DNA of 63,925 bases, counting the filler, from Kipferlia bialata (taxonomy: Eukaryota): assembly GCA_003568945.1 (NCBI GenBank). It is 6 parts of 5 records of this genome, joined end to end, with 100 filler letters (N's around TTAATTAATTAA, not from the genome) between each part and the next. Parts side by side here need not be neighbours in the genome. Positions count along the whole stretch, not along the records: positions 59,149 to 63,925 come from BDIP01000451.1; 5 more parts are not named here. The stretch is one strand, 5' to 3'. Within the stretch, counting starts at the first letter, position 1; each line of letters starts with the position of its first letter. The notes beneath the pieces were generated by a model. It was not told the origin of the DNA and ran no database searches. It worked only from the letters and a program-made list of their open reading frames with translations. The position numbers and the translations under genes were made by a program. This document shows positions 63,873 to 63,925 of the stretch, piece after piece.

Positions 63873-63925
<53 letters not shown>

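Noticed and set aside
1..63925. tRNA, rRNA or snRNA genes and autonomous transposons
   Set aside because: None recognisable by eye; a covariance-model search (tRNAscan-SE/Infernal) would be needed to exclude small RNAs.

Overview
Eukaryotic, very intron-rich genomic DNA. Most introns are short GT-AG introns in which a branch-point-like YTRAC/CTCAC sits directly before a C-rich spacer and the 3' YAG, with poly-C/(CT)n tracts upstream. This style and gene content suggest a free-living fornicate (metamonad) such as Kipferlia bialata; that assignment is inference only. The window joins at least six separate contigs through 100-nt N44-TTAATTAATTAA-N44 linkers, so adjacency across linkers is not real synteny. 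Genes recognised after manual splicing: hemolysin-III/PAQR protein, kelch-like proteins, BMS1 (partial), eukaryotic-type glutathione synthetase (partial), ThrRS C-terminus, a ~3,823-aa single-pass surface protein (three FG-GAP propeller super-modules plus tandem Ig-like repeats), a YcbL/GloC-like metallo-beta-lactamase, eIF2-gamma, an SLC19-like transporter, a J-domain protein, a membrane class III nucleotide cyclase with a degenerate N/R motif, and a divergent CNOT11-like protein. The most notable observations are the giant modular FG-GAP/Ig receptor and a recurrent pattern in which introns contain degenerate 'echo' copies of the adjacent exon end together with its splice site. All gene models were spliced by eye without database searches.
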